From contig CAXXQS010000001.1 of NCBI GenBank assembly GCA_963674735.2, positions 896,001 to 960,000 of the forward strand: a stretch of DNA of 64,000 nucleotides, written 5' to 3'. The notes below the pieces were generated by a model that was not told the origin of the DNA, made no database searches, and was given only the letters and a program-made list of their open reading frames with translations. This document shows, piece by piece, positions 9,628-19,949 of this stretch. Position 1 is the stretch's first letter, and each line of letters starts with the position of its first letter. Made by a program: the position numbers and the translations under genes. Source of the stretch: Myxococcota bacterium. Its GTDB lineage: Bacteria; Myxococcota_A; SURF-8.

Positions 9628-11250
9628 TCACGTTTTCCAATCATCTTCCCATTCCGGTAGATAATTGGGCATCACCAATTTATCTTCGCGCTGGGATTCT
9701 CTTCGTGTCTCTTCCGAGTGAATAGAAAGGCAAAGGTAGATCAACGCGGCTCTTGCCAGTTTTAGAAGTTTGATCGTCTTCCGTTCGAAATCGGTTCGGT
9801 ACATGTGGTAAGCCAAGGTATCTGTTATAGCCCTGCCTATTCGGTCTTCTTCTGGCGGTAGTCCTTGCCATTCAGGGTTATGCAATTTGAAATATTTATG
9901 CTCAAGATGATTGCGTATTTCGTTGAGCTTCTGCGCATCCGGTTCAATTGAATTTTGGAAAGATTCATCTTCATAAAAAAAGTCTTTACTTAGCCAAAAT
10001 AATCCCCTCAGAGGCCAATTTTCATTTTCTTGAAATTGTTTTCGAACTCCAAGCTCCTTTTTCGGCTTTGCATTTTTTCCCGGGGTGTTGTACCAAATGG
10101 TTCGAAAATCCACGAGTCGTTCAGAAACTTCGAGTTCGAAATATCGATTCATGAAGTACGCGATTTTATCGAACAAGGAATATGTAATTCTAAAGGAAGC
10201 CTTGATTTTTTCTACAGCAATACAAAACGCTGGATAATCAAGCGTGTTGTGCACTCTTACTTGTTTGTCTGAATAATGGGCATCAAAGGAAGCAAGCTCA
10301 GTGCCCTCGTAGAATAAATATCGTGCTGAAACATATTCTTGTTTCAGCTGATCGAAGAATGCCAGGAAATGTGGCCCCTCATCGATACCCACAGTAATCG
10401 AAGGTAATGAAAGAACATCTCTAGCCGCGATTGGATATGGACCTAAGTCATTAAGAATGTTGAGGAACAGACAAAATTCTAAGCACCATTTCCGATACTT
10501 ATTTTCATCAGAGGTATCCCCGAGAGGAAAGGAATCCAAATCCCAAGTTTCCTCTAGCACATCCTGGTTTGCTCTATCCTCGATCCACTGTTTGGTGTGG
10601 GAAAAACCCTTTTTAGCTCCGCTGTGAAAATGAGGATCATCGTCAATTTCCATTGCTTGTGAAAGAAATCTGTAGGCTTGATTGATGAATAGAGACTGGT
10701 AACCCTCATCGGATAAGACACGTCCGTACCAGAAAAGACCATGTCCAAGATTCCCAACAGCCATTGCAAATCGTGGATTCAGTTTGATTGCTTGTTTCCA
10801 AAAAGGAATGGCTTCCGAGCAACGTCCCAAGTGGATGAAAGTATTGCCGGTATTGGTGAGCATTTGACATTTAAGTTCGGAGGGAATATCTGTGGCGCTA
10901 TCAGCCCACATAAGTGCTGACCTCTGATGCAAGATGTCTTTTTCAATTTCCTTCTGATCCCAATGCCATCCTTCGTCGCTGCCTCTGAGTTTTCCGAGAT
11001 ATCCCCATGCATTACCCAGGAAATAATGGCATTGGGATAGCTGGGAATCACTGGTCAGTATTTCCAGGATAGAATTGCCAACTTCAATTGCTCGTTCAAG
11101 TCCTTCCTCATTACGCAGATCCCAGCTTAAATCCGTAAGTTGCCCCAATAGCTTCAAAGCTTTTGATGGTGGGCATGTTGACCAATCTTCGATCTTCATG
11201 AGCTCTTGATGATATTGCCCATATTCACTAGGATCCAATGGTTTACTCAT
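9628..11250 (-). CDS. TPR plus LA2681-like HEPN domain protein
   Basis: N-terminal TPR-like helices, KQEYVSARY, YSLFDKIA, NWPLRGLFWLSKD and the HEPN Rx4H motif RNHLEH. Confidence 0.85.
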   Translation of the reverse strand: MSKPLDPSEYGQYHQELMKIEDWSTCPPSKALKLLGQLTDLSWDLRNEEGLERAIEVGNSILEILTSDSQLSQCHYFLGNAWGYLGKLRGSDEGWHWDQKEIEKDILHQRSALMWADSATDIPSELKCQMLTNTGNTFIHLGRCSEAIPFWKQAIKLNPRFAMAVGNLGHGLFWYGRVLSDEGYQSLFINQAYRFLSQAMEIDDDPHFHSGAKKGFSHTKQWIEDRANQDVLEETWDLDSFPLGDTSDENKYRKWCLEFCLFLNILNDLGPYPIAARDVLSLPSITVGIDEGPHFLAFFDQLKQEYVSARYLFYEGTELASFDAHYSDKQVRVHNTLDYPAFCIAVEKIKASFRITYSLFDKIAYFMNRYFELEVSERLVDFRTIWYNTPGKNAKPKKELGVRKQFQENENWPLRGLFWLSKDFFYEDESFQNSIEPDAQKLNEIRNHLEHKYFKLHNPEWQGLPPEEDRIGRAITDTLAYHMYRTDFERKTIKLLKLARAALIYLCLSIHSEETRRESQREDKLVMPNYLPEWEDDWKT

Positions 11251-11256
11251 CCGGCT

Positions 11257-14200
11257 TCACTTCCTCCCCACCGGCATCCGGGGCGGGGCCGTCTTCCACA
11301 TCAGGTCGATTTCCTCCGGTGTCAGGCCGTAGGCCTGGTTGACGAGGTCGGCCAGGCGGCGTTCGTGCTGTTGGGCTTCGGCGGCGCGGCGCTGCATGGC
11401 GGGGACGGTCTCTTCATAGGCCTCGCGCAGTTCCTTCACCCCGCTAACACTCAGCTTGCCCGCCGCTTTGGGGCGGCGCTTCTTCACTTCGGCCATGAAG
11501 GCGTCGAAGTCCAGGGCGGCGGCGTCTTGCAGCTTCAGGCCCGGCTTGTCGATGGACTGGATCTGCTTCAGCCAGTCGAGCAGGTCGCGCTGGGCGCTCT
11601 GGTTTGCGCGGGTCAGTTCTATCAGCGCCGCCACGCGCTCCTCGGCCTCGGTGCGGATGGCCTCGGTGGGCGGGGCGATGGGGAGCGTTTCTGTAAAGGA
11701 GTAGATCAGACGAAGCGCCTCATCTTTTCCGTGGATGGCGTTCCGCCACATATAAGCCCATAAGACAGGGGAATTCACAACAGCCAATAAATAGAAATCT
11801 TGGGAAGGCCATGCATAAGCAGTGTTTACGAGATACATAGGATGATCGATAAATGCAAACTGAGGACGCCAGGCAATATCAGTATGAATAATCTTGGGGG
11901 TTTCGAAGACTTCGTAGTTTGCACACGCACGTAGTTCCCACCAATATTTACCTTTGTCTTGTCGCTTCTTCATCCTAGATTCGTTTTCTAGGAAGTATCT
12001 GCAAATACTTGGATAGCATGACTCAAAGGATGATAGTGCTTGGGCTTCATCTTTTCCAGACCAAGGCCATCCTCGATCACTGCTTGATGGGATTACGATC
12101 ATATACAAATCTGACCAATCGGGGTTCCATCTTTTAATGTTGGTTCCTCGTAAGCACGGTTTGATTAGTTCTTCAGCGGCTGGATGCTCTTTCACCAATT
12201 CAATTCGTTTGGAAGTATCGATAAGGAACACATCATTGATACCTGTCAATATCCCTCTGAATGGACTGAAATTCCCATACTCTTTAAGATTGGGCCCAGC
12301 GTTGCGAATCTTCTCCATTAAGTCGTCAACGGCAGGGTTCTCCAAACTCCACGCCTTCTCCGAAAAGCGCGACCAGGGCACCTCGTAGCCATGCTGGCGG
12401 ACGAACTGCTTGAGGTTGATGTCGGCCAGCTTCTCACGCGGCACGGGACAGACGACCACCGGTGCGGCGGGTTCTGGCTTTGGCATCGCTTTCTCAATGG
12501 GCGTGTCCGGCTTGCGTATCGACACGATGCAGGGGAAGACATCGGCATCCTCAAAGATGGGCGCGTGGCCGAAGTCGAGGATCTGCTCGAAGACCGTGTG
12601 CTCGGCGAAAAAACGCCGCAGCGCTTCGCCGTAACCGGACTTCAACCACTTGTTCGTCACGATGAACGACAGCACCCCGCCCGGTTTCAAGACCTGCACG
12701 CCGCGCTCGTAGAAGTAGGTGTACAGATCAGCAACGCCGTCGAAAGAATGGTAATGCTCCTTCAGATACGGCTTGATGGGCGAGAGCAGTTCCTGGCGCA
12801 CGTAAGGCGGGTTGCCGATCACCACGTCGAAACCGCTTGAGTCATGGTCTCCATCGGCGAATACAGCCGCGAAGCGCGCCCGCCAGTCGAAGGGCGTCTC
12901 CGAATAGGCCGGATCGTCCACGATGGAGTCACCCTGCTGGATGTTGTCGTCCAGGAAGGTCAGCGGCTTGCCGCGCTCGGCGGTCTTCAGCCACAGGCTG
13001 AGCTTGGTGATCTCCACCGACTCCTTCGAGAGATCCACGCCATAGAGGTTGTGGTTGAGGATGGTCTTGTTCAGGTCGAACAGGCTGCGCTGCCCGCCCT
13101 CGAAAGCCGCCAGCGCGTCGTTGACGCGCTCGTACTGCGCCAGCAGATAATCGAAGGCCGCGATCAGAAACGCGCCGGAGCCGCAGGCCGGGTCCAGCAC
13201 GCGGGTGCGCTTCAACACCTCGTCGCGGTAGGCCTCCCAGAACTCACGCTCGGCCTTGGCCTGCTTGCGCCCGTGCGCCTCGGGGATGGCGTCCAGCCCG
13301 ATACGCTGGCGAAGCTCTTCCTCTTTGCGCCGCAGATAGCCGCCCAGCGCCACGTCCACGATGTACTGCGTCACCATTGCAGGCGTGTAATAAACGCCCT
13401 GGGTCTTTCGGCGGCCTTTCTTCTTGTCGAAATCCTCACCGGACGCGGCAGCTTTCAGTTCCTCCAAGTCGGTGACCGACTGCTCGAAGATGTGGCCCAG
13501 CACCTCAACCGACACGTCCGTGTCGAAGTCGTAGCGGGTGATGGCATTCAACTCGTCGCACAATTCGTCCGGCAGGCTGATCTGCTCATCGATGACCGGA
13601 TCGGGCTTGAACAGCCCGCCGTTGTAACCGGGGATGGGCGGGTTGTCGTTGCCCTTGTCCACCCAGCGAAAAACCGCCTTGTAGCGCGTCCAAACGGCGG
13701 TCGGATTGTAGGGATCCTTGTAGTCGTGCGCGGTCTTGATCGTATTCGGCGGCAGCAGCCCGCGATCCTCGCAGAAGGCAATGAACAGCACGCGGTCGAG
13801 GATCTTCTGCGCCGTCTCGATCATGGCGGCCTTGTCGCCGTCGGCCTGCTCGGTCAGGTATTGCACAAGCTTCAGGCGCGTGTCCTTGTACTCGGCATAG
13901 AGCGCCTTGGTGATGGCCTCCTCGGCGTTATCGGATTCGCGCAGCAGCGCATCCACGCGGGAATCGCCGTCCGGCTTGGCTTCAAGCGGCAGGAAGTTCT
14001 CGGCGCAGAGCAGAAAATAAAAGCGCCGGAAGACGGCTTCATCAGCCAGGTCGGCCAGCTTGAAGCGCTCGTAGAAGGCGGGCGTCTTGCTGGTGCGGTA
14101 CAGGCGAATTTCGCGGTAGTTGCTGACCAGCACCCACTTGCAACCCTCGGTGTAGTTGGCGTAGCGCCAACCCTGCTCGACGGCGGATTCCGTGCGCCCG

Positions 14201-14610
14201 GAGGCGGGACGGTCGAGGTTGTTGACCGCGCCCTTCAGTTCGATTGGCGCGACGATGCGACCCTTGAGGCGGGTGGCCTTGCTGGCGGATTCGGTGGCGG
14301 TGAAGAAGCCCAGCGCGCCGTCAGCCGAGCCGCCGCCATCGGAGATATGCGCCTCGGCATGCAGCGTCCAGGCTTCGCCTTCGCCCTGGATGACGGAACG
14401 ATAGCCCAGCACCTCGCCGAAGATGTCACGCAGAAATTCGCCGTGTAGCGAGACCTCCTTGATGACGTCCAACGTACCGCGCTCCAGCGAGGTGATCCAG
14501 CGCGCCACCACGGCCCGGCGGGCGTCCATATCGGACGGAAAGGCAAAGCCCGCCATCGCTTTGGCGAGCGTCTTTTCATGAAACAAGGGTTTGACGTGAC
14601 CTGTGGGCAT
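11257..14610 (-). CDS. Type IIG/IIL fused restriction endonuclease and N6-adenine methyltransferase (Eco57I/TaqI-C-like)
   Basis: N-terminal ADG...IELK nuclease motif, then GVYYTP, VLDPACGSGAFL, FDVVIGNPPY and a C-terminal target recognition domain. Confidence 0.92.
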   Translation of the reverse strand: MPTGHVKPLFHEKTLAKAMAGFAFPSDMDARRAVVARWITSLERGTLDVIKEVSLHGEFLRDIFGEVLGYRSVIQGEGEAWTLHAEAHISDGGGSADGALGFFTATESASKATRLKGRIVAPIELKGAVNNLDRPASGRTESAVEQGWRYANYTEGCKWVLVSNYREIRLYRTSKTPAFYERFKLADLADEAVFRRFYFLLCAENFLPLEAKPDGDSRVDALLRESDNAEEAITKALYAEYKDTRLKLVQYLTEQADGDKAAMIETAQKILDRVLFIAFCEDRGLLPPNTIKTAHDYKDPYNPTAVWTRYKAVFRWVDKGNDNPPIPGYNGGLFKPDPVIDEQISLPDELCDELNAITRYDFDTDVSVEVLGHIFEQSVTDLEELKAAASGEDFDKKKGRRKTQGVYYTPAMVTQYIVDVALGGYLRRKEEELRQRIGLDAIPEAHGRKQAKAEREFWEAYRDEVLKRTRVLDPACGSGAFLIAAFDYLLAQYERVNDALAAFEGGQRSLFDLNKTILNHNLYGVDLSKESVEITKLSLWLKTAERGKPLTFLDDNIQQGDSIVDDPAYSETPFDWRARFAAVFADGDHDSSGFDVVIGNPPYVRQELLSPIKPYLKEHYHSFDGVADLYTYFYERGVQVLKPGGVLSFIVTNKWLKSGYGEALRRFFAEHTVFEQILDFGHAPIFEDADVFPCIVSIRKPDTPIEKAMPKPEPAAPVVVCPVPREKLADINLKQFVRQHGYEVPWSRFSEKAWSLENPAVDDLMEKIRNAGPNLKEYGNFSPFRGILTGINDVFLIDTSKRIELVKEHPAAEELIKPCLRGTNIKRWNPDWSDLYMIVIPSSSDRGWPWSGKDEAQALSSFESCYPSICRYFLENESRMKKRQDKGKYWWELRACANYEVFETPKIIHTDIAWRPQFAFIDHPMYLVNTAYAWPSQDFYLLAVVNSPVLWAYMWRNAIHGKDEALRLIYSFTETLPIAPPTEAIRTEAEERVAALIELTRANQSAQRDLLDWLKQIQSIDKPGLKLQDAAALDFDAFMAEVKKRRPKAAGKLSVSGVKELREAYEETVPAMQRRAAEAQQHERRLADLVNQAYGLTPEEIDLMWKTAPPRMPVGRK

Positions 14611-14891
14611 CCGCTACCTGCTTGAAAGAAAATATCCCAATCAAAACCAACGCTTGCAATATCGTCTACGGTGAATCGCCCCTGGCTGCTGCTTCCGAAT
14701 CAGTAGGCAAGTTTATAGCATTTATGGGGCAAAGGCGGAAAGGAATTTATGTGGAGTTATCGAGGGGATAGGTGATCAACGAAGGGGTGTGACTTACTCT
14801 GGCACACAGCTTTGCTGCTATTCTTAAATAGACAATCGGCTTGTCCTGGCATAGGATACGAAACGAAAACATTTATAATGGGAGAACGGAT

Positions 14892-15107
14892 ATGAAAGTA
14901 AACCATCCAATTTTGGGCAAAGTCAAGCAATTTGATAGAACCCCTTTGCCAGAGAAACTTTCTGGCTGTTCTTTCGACACCAAAGCGGGGTTCTGGCGTT
15001 TCGAGAGTGATGGAAGTTGCATGATGAGGTCAAATGATCCATCAAGACCGGTCTGCGGAACCAAAAAGAAAGACATTGAAACAGGTGAAGATGAAAAAGG
15101 CGAATAA
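14892..15107 (+). CDS. Graspetide (ATP-grasp RiPP) precursor peptide
   Basis: 71 aa after a GGAGA RBS, with a C-terminal Thr/Lys/acidic core TKKKDIETGEDEKGE. Its stop overlaps the ligase start (TAATG). Confidence 0.85.
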   Translation: MKVNHPILGKVKQFDRTPLPEKLSGCSFDTKAGFWRFESDGSCMMRSNDPSRPVCGTKKKDIETGEDEKGE

Positions 15108-16063
15108 TGGATGTTCTTTCTCCTGAGATTCTCTTAATCTCAAATACTCACGATTATTCCAGTGACTTGGTCGCAGCTGAGCTTCATACTCGAAAAGCAA
15201 AATACCTTCGCTTAAATCGCGATAAATTCAACAAAATGGAACTGATCTTATTCCCTTCTACCCCACTTATCAAGGGGCGATGGGAAGATATTGATTTCCA
15301 AGTAAGTGCGGATGTATTGAAATCCATCTATTTTCGGGCTCCGGTATTCCTGCGGGATAATTATCAGCCTGATCTGCTTCCAGAAGAACAATTGGCGAGG
15401 GGACAATGGGCTGCTTTTCTTCGAGCTTTGACAATCTTTGAAGATGCCACTTGGGTTAATCATCCCATGTACACGTACCAAGCTGAGGTAAAGGCTTATC
15501 AACTCAGAATCGCTCAGAAAGTGGGGTTTAGCGTTCCAGAAAGCATTGCGACCAATTTCCCCAAACCCTATGCGAGTAACAGGGACTGGATCGTAAAAAC
15601 GATGGAGCCAATAATCCTGAGATTTGATAGCAAAGAAGGATTTATATATACGAACTCTGTCGATAGCGAAGAACTTGAGAACGGTGACTACTCTTCAGCT
15701 CCTGTCATGATTCAGGAAAGAATTGAGCCGAAAGTTGATGTCAGAGTTACAATTATCGGCGAGAAACTCTTTCCTGTTTCCATCAAGAAAAATGGTTCTG
15801 GGATTGAGGGAGATTGGCGTCTGCAGAAAAACGATGTAGTCTATACTCCCATTGGCCTGCCAAAGGATGTTCGGAATATGATTCACGAATTGATGAATAG
15901 ATTGAATCTCACCTTCGGTGGAATGGATCTTCTGTTGCAGGATAACAAGTATTATTTTCTGGAGGTAAACCCAACAGGTGAATGGGGATGGTTGATGGAT
16001 AACACGGGAGCGCCGATAGACAAGGCAATTTGTGATTATTTGATGGGAAATTCCAATGTATAA
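15107..16063 (+). CDS. MvdC/MvdD-like ATP-grasp peptide ligase (graspetide synthetase)
   Basis: WVNHP, KAYQL..A..VGF.VP, QERIEPK.DVRV, DWR and FLEVNPTGEWGWL motifs. Confidence 0.92.
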   Translation: MDVLSPEILLISNTHDYSSDLVAAELHTRKAKYLRLNRDKFNKMELILFPSTPLIKGRWEDIDFQVSADVLKSIYFRAPVFLRDNYQPDLLPEEQLARGQWAAFLRALTIFEDATWVNHPMYTYQAEVKAYQLRIAQKVGFSVPESIATNFPKPYASNRDWIVKTMEPIILRFDSKEGFIYTNSVDSEELENGDYSSAPVMIQERIEPKVDVRVTIIGEKLFPVSIKKNGSGIEGDWRLQKNDVVYTPIGLPKDVRNMIHELMNRLNLTFGGMDLLLQDNKYYFLEVNPTGEWGWLMDNTGAPIDKAICDYLMGNSNV

Positions 16064-16664
16064 CTATTTTGGAAATGCTTGGAATTGGATACTTCAGGAA
16101 ATCGTGCCGATATTGTACGCATATAGAGTGGAGAAAATACTCCTTACCAAGCACGAGAATATTCACGTTTCTTCGTACTCTATCGAGGAATTGACAGATT
16201 ATTCGGAGTTATCTCAATTTATACAGGGACAACTCTCATTAGAAGATGAACGACGAAAAACAATCGATGAGAAGGCTAAATCTTCATTGGTTTCCATCAC
16301 AGTTGTAATCGCCGTAATGCTGGCTCTGCTTAAAGACGGGGCCAGCGTAGGCCTCCCCTTTGGGATTTTAATAATGCTTGCCATTTTGTGCTTTTTGTTT
16401 GCAGTTATCGGAGCGGTTAAAGCAATCGAAAACTTGCCATACGCCCAAGTTACCGTTGAGGATCTGATCAAGGAAAATGGTTCTTCGCTGGAGCACAAGA
16501 AGATTTGCGAGAAGGATATGTTATTGGAATTTTACAAATACTACAAAGCCAACTCTGTATTAAACAATAACAAAGGAAACTTTGTTGATTCGTCTTTCAA
16601 ATCCATCAGGAACGGGGTCATTCTCCTGTGTGCCGCCATTGTTTTGACAATGCTTTTGCCTTAA
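16056..16664 (+). CDS. Three-transmembrane protein, resembling Pycsar-effector-like membrane proteins
   Basis: RRKTIDEKAK followed by two hydrophobic helices, a soluble loop, N..NNNK and a terminal hydrophobic helix. Overlaps the ligase gene by 8 nt. Confidence 0.65.
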   Translation: MYNYFGNAWNWILQEIVPILYAYRVEKILLTKHENIHVSSYSIEELTDYSELSQFIQGQLSLEDERRKTIDEKAKSSLVSITVVIAVMLALLKDGASVGLPFGILIMLAILCFLFAVIGAVKAIENLPYAQVTVEDLIKENGSSLEHKKICEKDMLLEFYKYYKANSVLNNNKGNFVDSSFKSIRNGVILLCAAIVLTMLLP

Positions 16665-16679
16665 AGATAAGAAGGCGGT

Positions 16680-17018
16680 CTACCCCACCTCCTCCAACAC
16701 CCGCTTCACCACCTCTACAATCATCTTCTGATGGGCTTTTTTCGCCGGACGCAGGAGTTCGCGCATCTCGGCCATGTGGGGATAGGTTCGAGATTTGAAA
16801 TCCTCGTCCGCGATGTCGAACAGCACCGTCATCTCGACATCGATGGCCTGCGCGATCTCGTAGAATTTCTCCACCGACGGGATCGAATGCCCACGCTCCA
16901 GGCGGCTGATGGTTTCCACTGCCACATCGACTTTCTCGGCTAATTTTTCCTGAGTAAGCCCCGCGTCCTTGCGGAATCGCCTGACACGATCTCCCAGTAT
17001 TTTCTTGATATCCGGCAT
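16680..17018 (-). CDS. XRE family HTH regulator
   Basis: GGAGG RBS; LGDRVRRFRKDAGLTQEKLAEK...ISRLERG. Confidence 0.9.
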   Translation of the reverse strand: MPDIKKILGDRVRRFRKDAGLTQEKLAEKVDVAVETISRLERGHSIPSVEKFYEIAQAIDVEMTVLFDIADEDFKSRTYPHMAEMRELLRPAKKAHQKMIVEVVKRVLEEVG

Positions 17019-17288
17019 TGCACCTCCTGTTTCTATTGAATGTCGCCGATCGGCAGACGAAAGAACAGGAGGTGAAATGATTGATAATTGTCTATTATAG
17101 GCGTATAGTGTTGTCTTGATGGATAAACTTGATGATCTTGGTCGGATGAAAGCCGGAAAACGGACCGGAACGCCTACCGTTGCAGCGAAAAACACGGCCA
17201 CATTGTCGATAGAAAAAACACCCGGATTTCGGGGATAAGAACTCTAAGGAACTGAATTTACATGGGATACAAGAAAAGGAGGGATGCG

Positions 17289-19295
17289 ATGCGAATCTGG
17301 ATTTTGCTTGGGTTAGGGCTTGCCGTCTGCCTGCTGGCCGGATGTTCCGACTCGGTGGTGACCTCTATGGAACCGTTGGATGGCGATGCCGACAGCGATC
17401 AAACCGACGCTTCGGATGGCGACTATGATGGCATGGACGAACCCTTGCCGGATGGTGATGACGGTGTCGATGGCGATGCTGATGGTGATGGTGTTGATGA
17501 CCCGGATGGGGATGGTGAACTGGATGCGGAACAAGACTTCGACCCGGCGGATGGCGATACGGATAGCGATACCGACACCGAATCGACGATCGATGGCGAT
17601 ACCGACGAAACGGACGACCAGCCCGTTTGCGAACCCAATGCCAGCTGGTGCGAGGAGACCTTTCTCCACGTCTGCAATGAGGATGGAACGGATGAATACA
17701 TCCCGACCGACTGCGGCCCCATCGGCTGCGAGGATGGCGCGTGTGTCGAGGAAAACGCGCTGGATCTGCGCGAGTATGGATCCTACGCCATGCTGAGCGA
17801 CAAACGGCTGACGTATGGGAAAACGGAGGCAAGCATCGAGATGTGGTTCGTGTCAGAATCCTTGCACCCCAGCACCATTTTGTATGCGGAAGGCGGCGTG
17901 ATTGCAATCAGGCTGTGGCAGGATGGACACATTTCCTACCAGGAGAAGCGGTCCGATATTGGCTGGACCTATGTGGATACGGTCCCCAATCCGTTCACCT
18001 TGACCGAGTGGCATCACCTTGCGGTCGTACGCACGGGAGATCGGCTTTCCATCTTTCTCGATGGAATCAAGATCCTTGAAGACAACGGGCCACCTTCCGA
18101 TAGTGGACTCGTTAGCGGTTCGGAGAACACGGTGGCTGGCGGATTTCTGAGTACGGAACACTACTGTTTTGCCGTGATTGACGAACTCCGGATCTCCGAC
18201 AGCGTCCGCTATGCCGAAGACTTCGAGCCCGCGTATCGGTTTGAGCCGGACGAGCAGACCATCGGCCTCTGGCACTTCGATGAAGGCGAAGGCAGCGTCG
18301 TTCACGATGCGAGCCCAAACAGCCACGATGGTTCGTTGCATGGCGATGCGACCTGGACAGCGGACGCCGTCTGGCGCAACTGGCATTGCACCCCGCAGTG
18401 GGGACAGTGTCTGCCGGATTCGACGGAGCGCAAAGTCTGCCGGGAAGACGGACTGGGCTGGGCCGATCCGACCGACTGCGGACCGATTGGATGCGAGAAT
18501 CGCAATTGCATTGAAGAACAGGCGCTGAGCTTCAACAACACGGATGACGGCATTCAGGTTGCGGACCGATTCCTGATTCGGCGCGAAATAGAGGCCACCA
18601 TCGAAATGTGGGTTTGGCTGGAGGAACGAGAGACGACTGCAGACTTCGAGGGACATAATTTGTACATGGAAGGCGATCCGACTCGATTGGTTTTGGCGGT
18701 AAATAACAATGGCAGGATTCATTTCTCGGAACACGACCCTGATGCCGGCTGGAACAATTTCCCGACGGTCGAAGGCGTTTTCCCTTTCGAGACCTGGACC
18801 CATCTCGCTGTTACGAAGAACGCGACCCAGCGCGTTTTCTTTGTGAATGGTGAGCAGGTGGCGGCCAGTCCGGCAGATACGGTGCCTTTCGATCATCCAG
18901 CCGAGGAGCCTACGGTCTTGGGCCGAAAGATGTATGGCCAGATCGACGAGCTGCGCCTGTCGGATACGGTGCGCTACACGGAAGACTTCACGCCGGTCTT
19001 TCGTCATCAAGGCGAGCGGTTCGATACGCCGCCGGATGAGCATACCATCGGCCTCTGGCATTTCGACGCCAACGGATGGGATGTCAGCGCCAATCGCTAC
19101 GATCTTGCCGAGGATGCCTGCACCTTCACCGACGAGGCCGTCTGGCGCAATTGGACCTGCGTCCCCGAATGGACAACTTGTGCGACGGAACAGGCCGTGC
19201 AGCGCTGCAACGCGGACGGTCGCTGGATGGAAGAGGAACTGTGTACGGACGGCACCTGCGAGACGATCAGCAACAGCGAGGCTGTCTGCCAATAG
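17289..19295 (+). CDS. Lipoprotein with a DGD-rich linker and two LamG-like jellyroll domains
   Basis: Lipobox LLAGC; duplicated W.HLAV...IDELR.SD..RY...IGLWHFD units separated by Cys-rich PTDCGPIGCE repeats. Confidence 0.85.
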   Translation: MRIWILLGLGLAVCLLAGCSDSVVTSMEPLDGDADSDQTDASDGDYDGMDEPLPDGDDGVDGDADGDGVDDPDGDGELDAEQDFDPADGDTDSDTDTESTIDGDTDETDDQPVCEPNASWCEETFLHVCNEDGTDEYIPTDCGPIGCEDGACVEENALDLREYGSYAMLSDKRLTYGKTEASIEMWFVSESLHPSTILYAEGGVIAIRLWQDGHISYQEKRSDIGWTYVDTVPNPFTLTEWHHLAVVRTGDRLSIFLDGIKILEDNGPPSDSGLVSGSENTVAGGFLSTEHYCFAVIDELRISDSVRYAEDFEPAYRFEPDEQTIGLWHFDEGEGSVVHDASPNSHDGSLHGDATWTADAVWRNWHCTPQWGQCLPDSTERKVCREDGLGWADPTDCGPIGCENRNCIEEQALSFNNTDDGIQVADRFLIRREIEATIEMWVWLEERETTADFEGHNLYMEGDPTRLVLAVNNNGRIHFSEHDPDAGWNNFPTVEGVFPFETWTHLAVTKNATQRVFFVNGEQVAASPADTVPFDHPAEEPTVLGRKMYGQIDELRLSDTVRYTEDFTPVFRHQGERFDTPPDEHTIGLWHFDANGWDVSANRYDLAEDACTFTDEAVWRNWTCVPEWTTCATEQAVQRCNADGRWMEEELCTDGTCETISNSEAVCQ

Positions 19296-19650
19296 GGACA
19301 CCGGGCTTCCCGCCGTTTCGGACAATGGAGCGGCGGGAGGCCTTTCTCCCAAAATCACTTTCCACCACGATCAGGTGGACCCAACAAAAAACTGCCCAAA
19401 TTGATATTGGACACGGCCTTTTACTTCCGGGTCCTCTTCGAAATTGCCATAGCCCTTCTGCTATACGAGTCCTGGCTAAAAGAAGAAGCGTAGGCTCCTT
19501 CTTCGTCGCCGCGCGCAACAGGTGGGATGGATGGCGGGATCGAACGGTAGGTTTATCGAAGCCGTTTGGAACGGATATGATTGACAAGAGCATCGAAGGC
19601 CAGACCGGCCAACAGAGCCGTGTTCTGAATGATGATGGCGCGCAGGAATT

Positions 19651-19911
19651 TCACGGCGTCTCCTTGTCGGTGGGGGCGATGGAGATCTCGCTGGAGCTTG
19701 TATCATCATCGTTCTGATGGCTGTCCAGCGTTGTACCGACTGCACCACCCAATGCTCCACCGATGGCCGAGCCGATCTTGCCGAAGATGGACGCACCGAT
19801 GGCGGCGGCAATACCCGCGCCCAGCGCCGTGAACTTGTTTCGATGTACGACCTCGCCGATCCGGTTCTTGACGTGATCGATGTCGTTGGTAATACGTTGC
19901 AGATCACTCAT
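19651..19911 (-). CDS. Small glycine-zipper membrane protein
   Basis: AGGAG RBS; GAGIAAAIGASIFGKIGSAIGGALGGAVG; follows the E1 gene. Confidence 0.7.
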   Translation of the reverse strand: MSDLQRITNDIDHVKNRIGEVVHRNKFTALGAGIAAAIGASIFGKIGSAIGGALGGAVGTTLDSHQNDDDTSSSEISIAPTDKETP

Positions 19912-19949
19912 GTGGTCTCCTTTTTTTAGTTGCGATATTGTGATTGGCA

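Noticed and set aside
12844-14448. 534-aa plus-strand ORF and similar long overlapping ORFs (17853..19358, 3197..4159)
   Set aside because: Antisense shadows of GC-rich genes, with no recognisable motifs.
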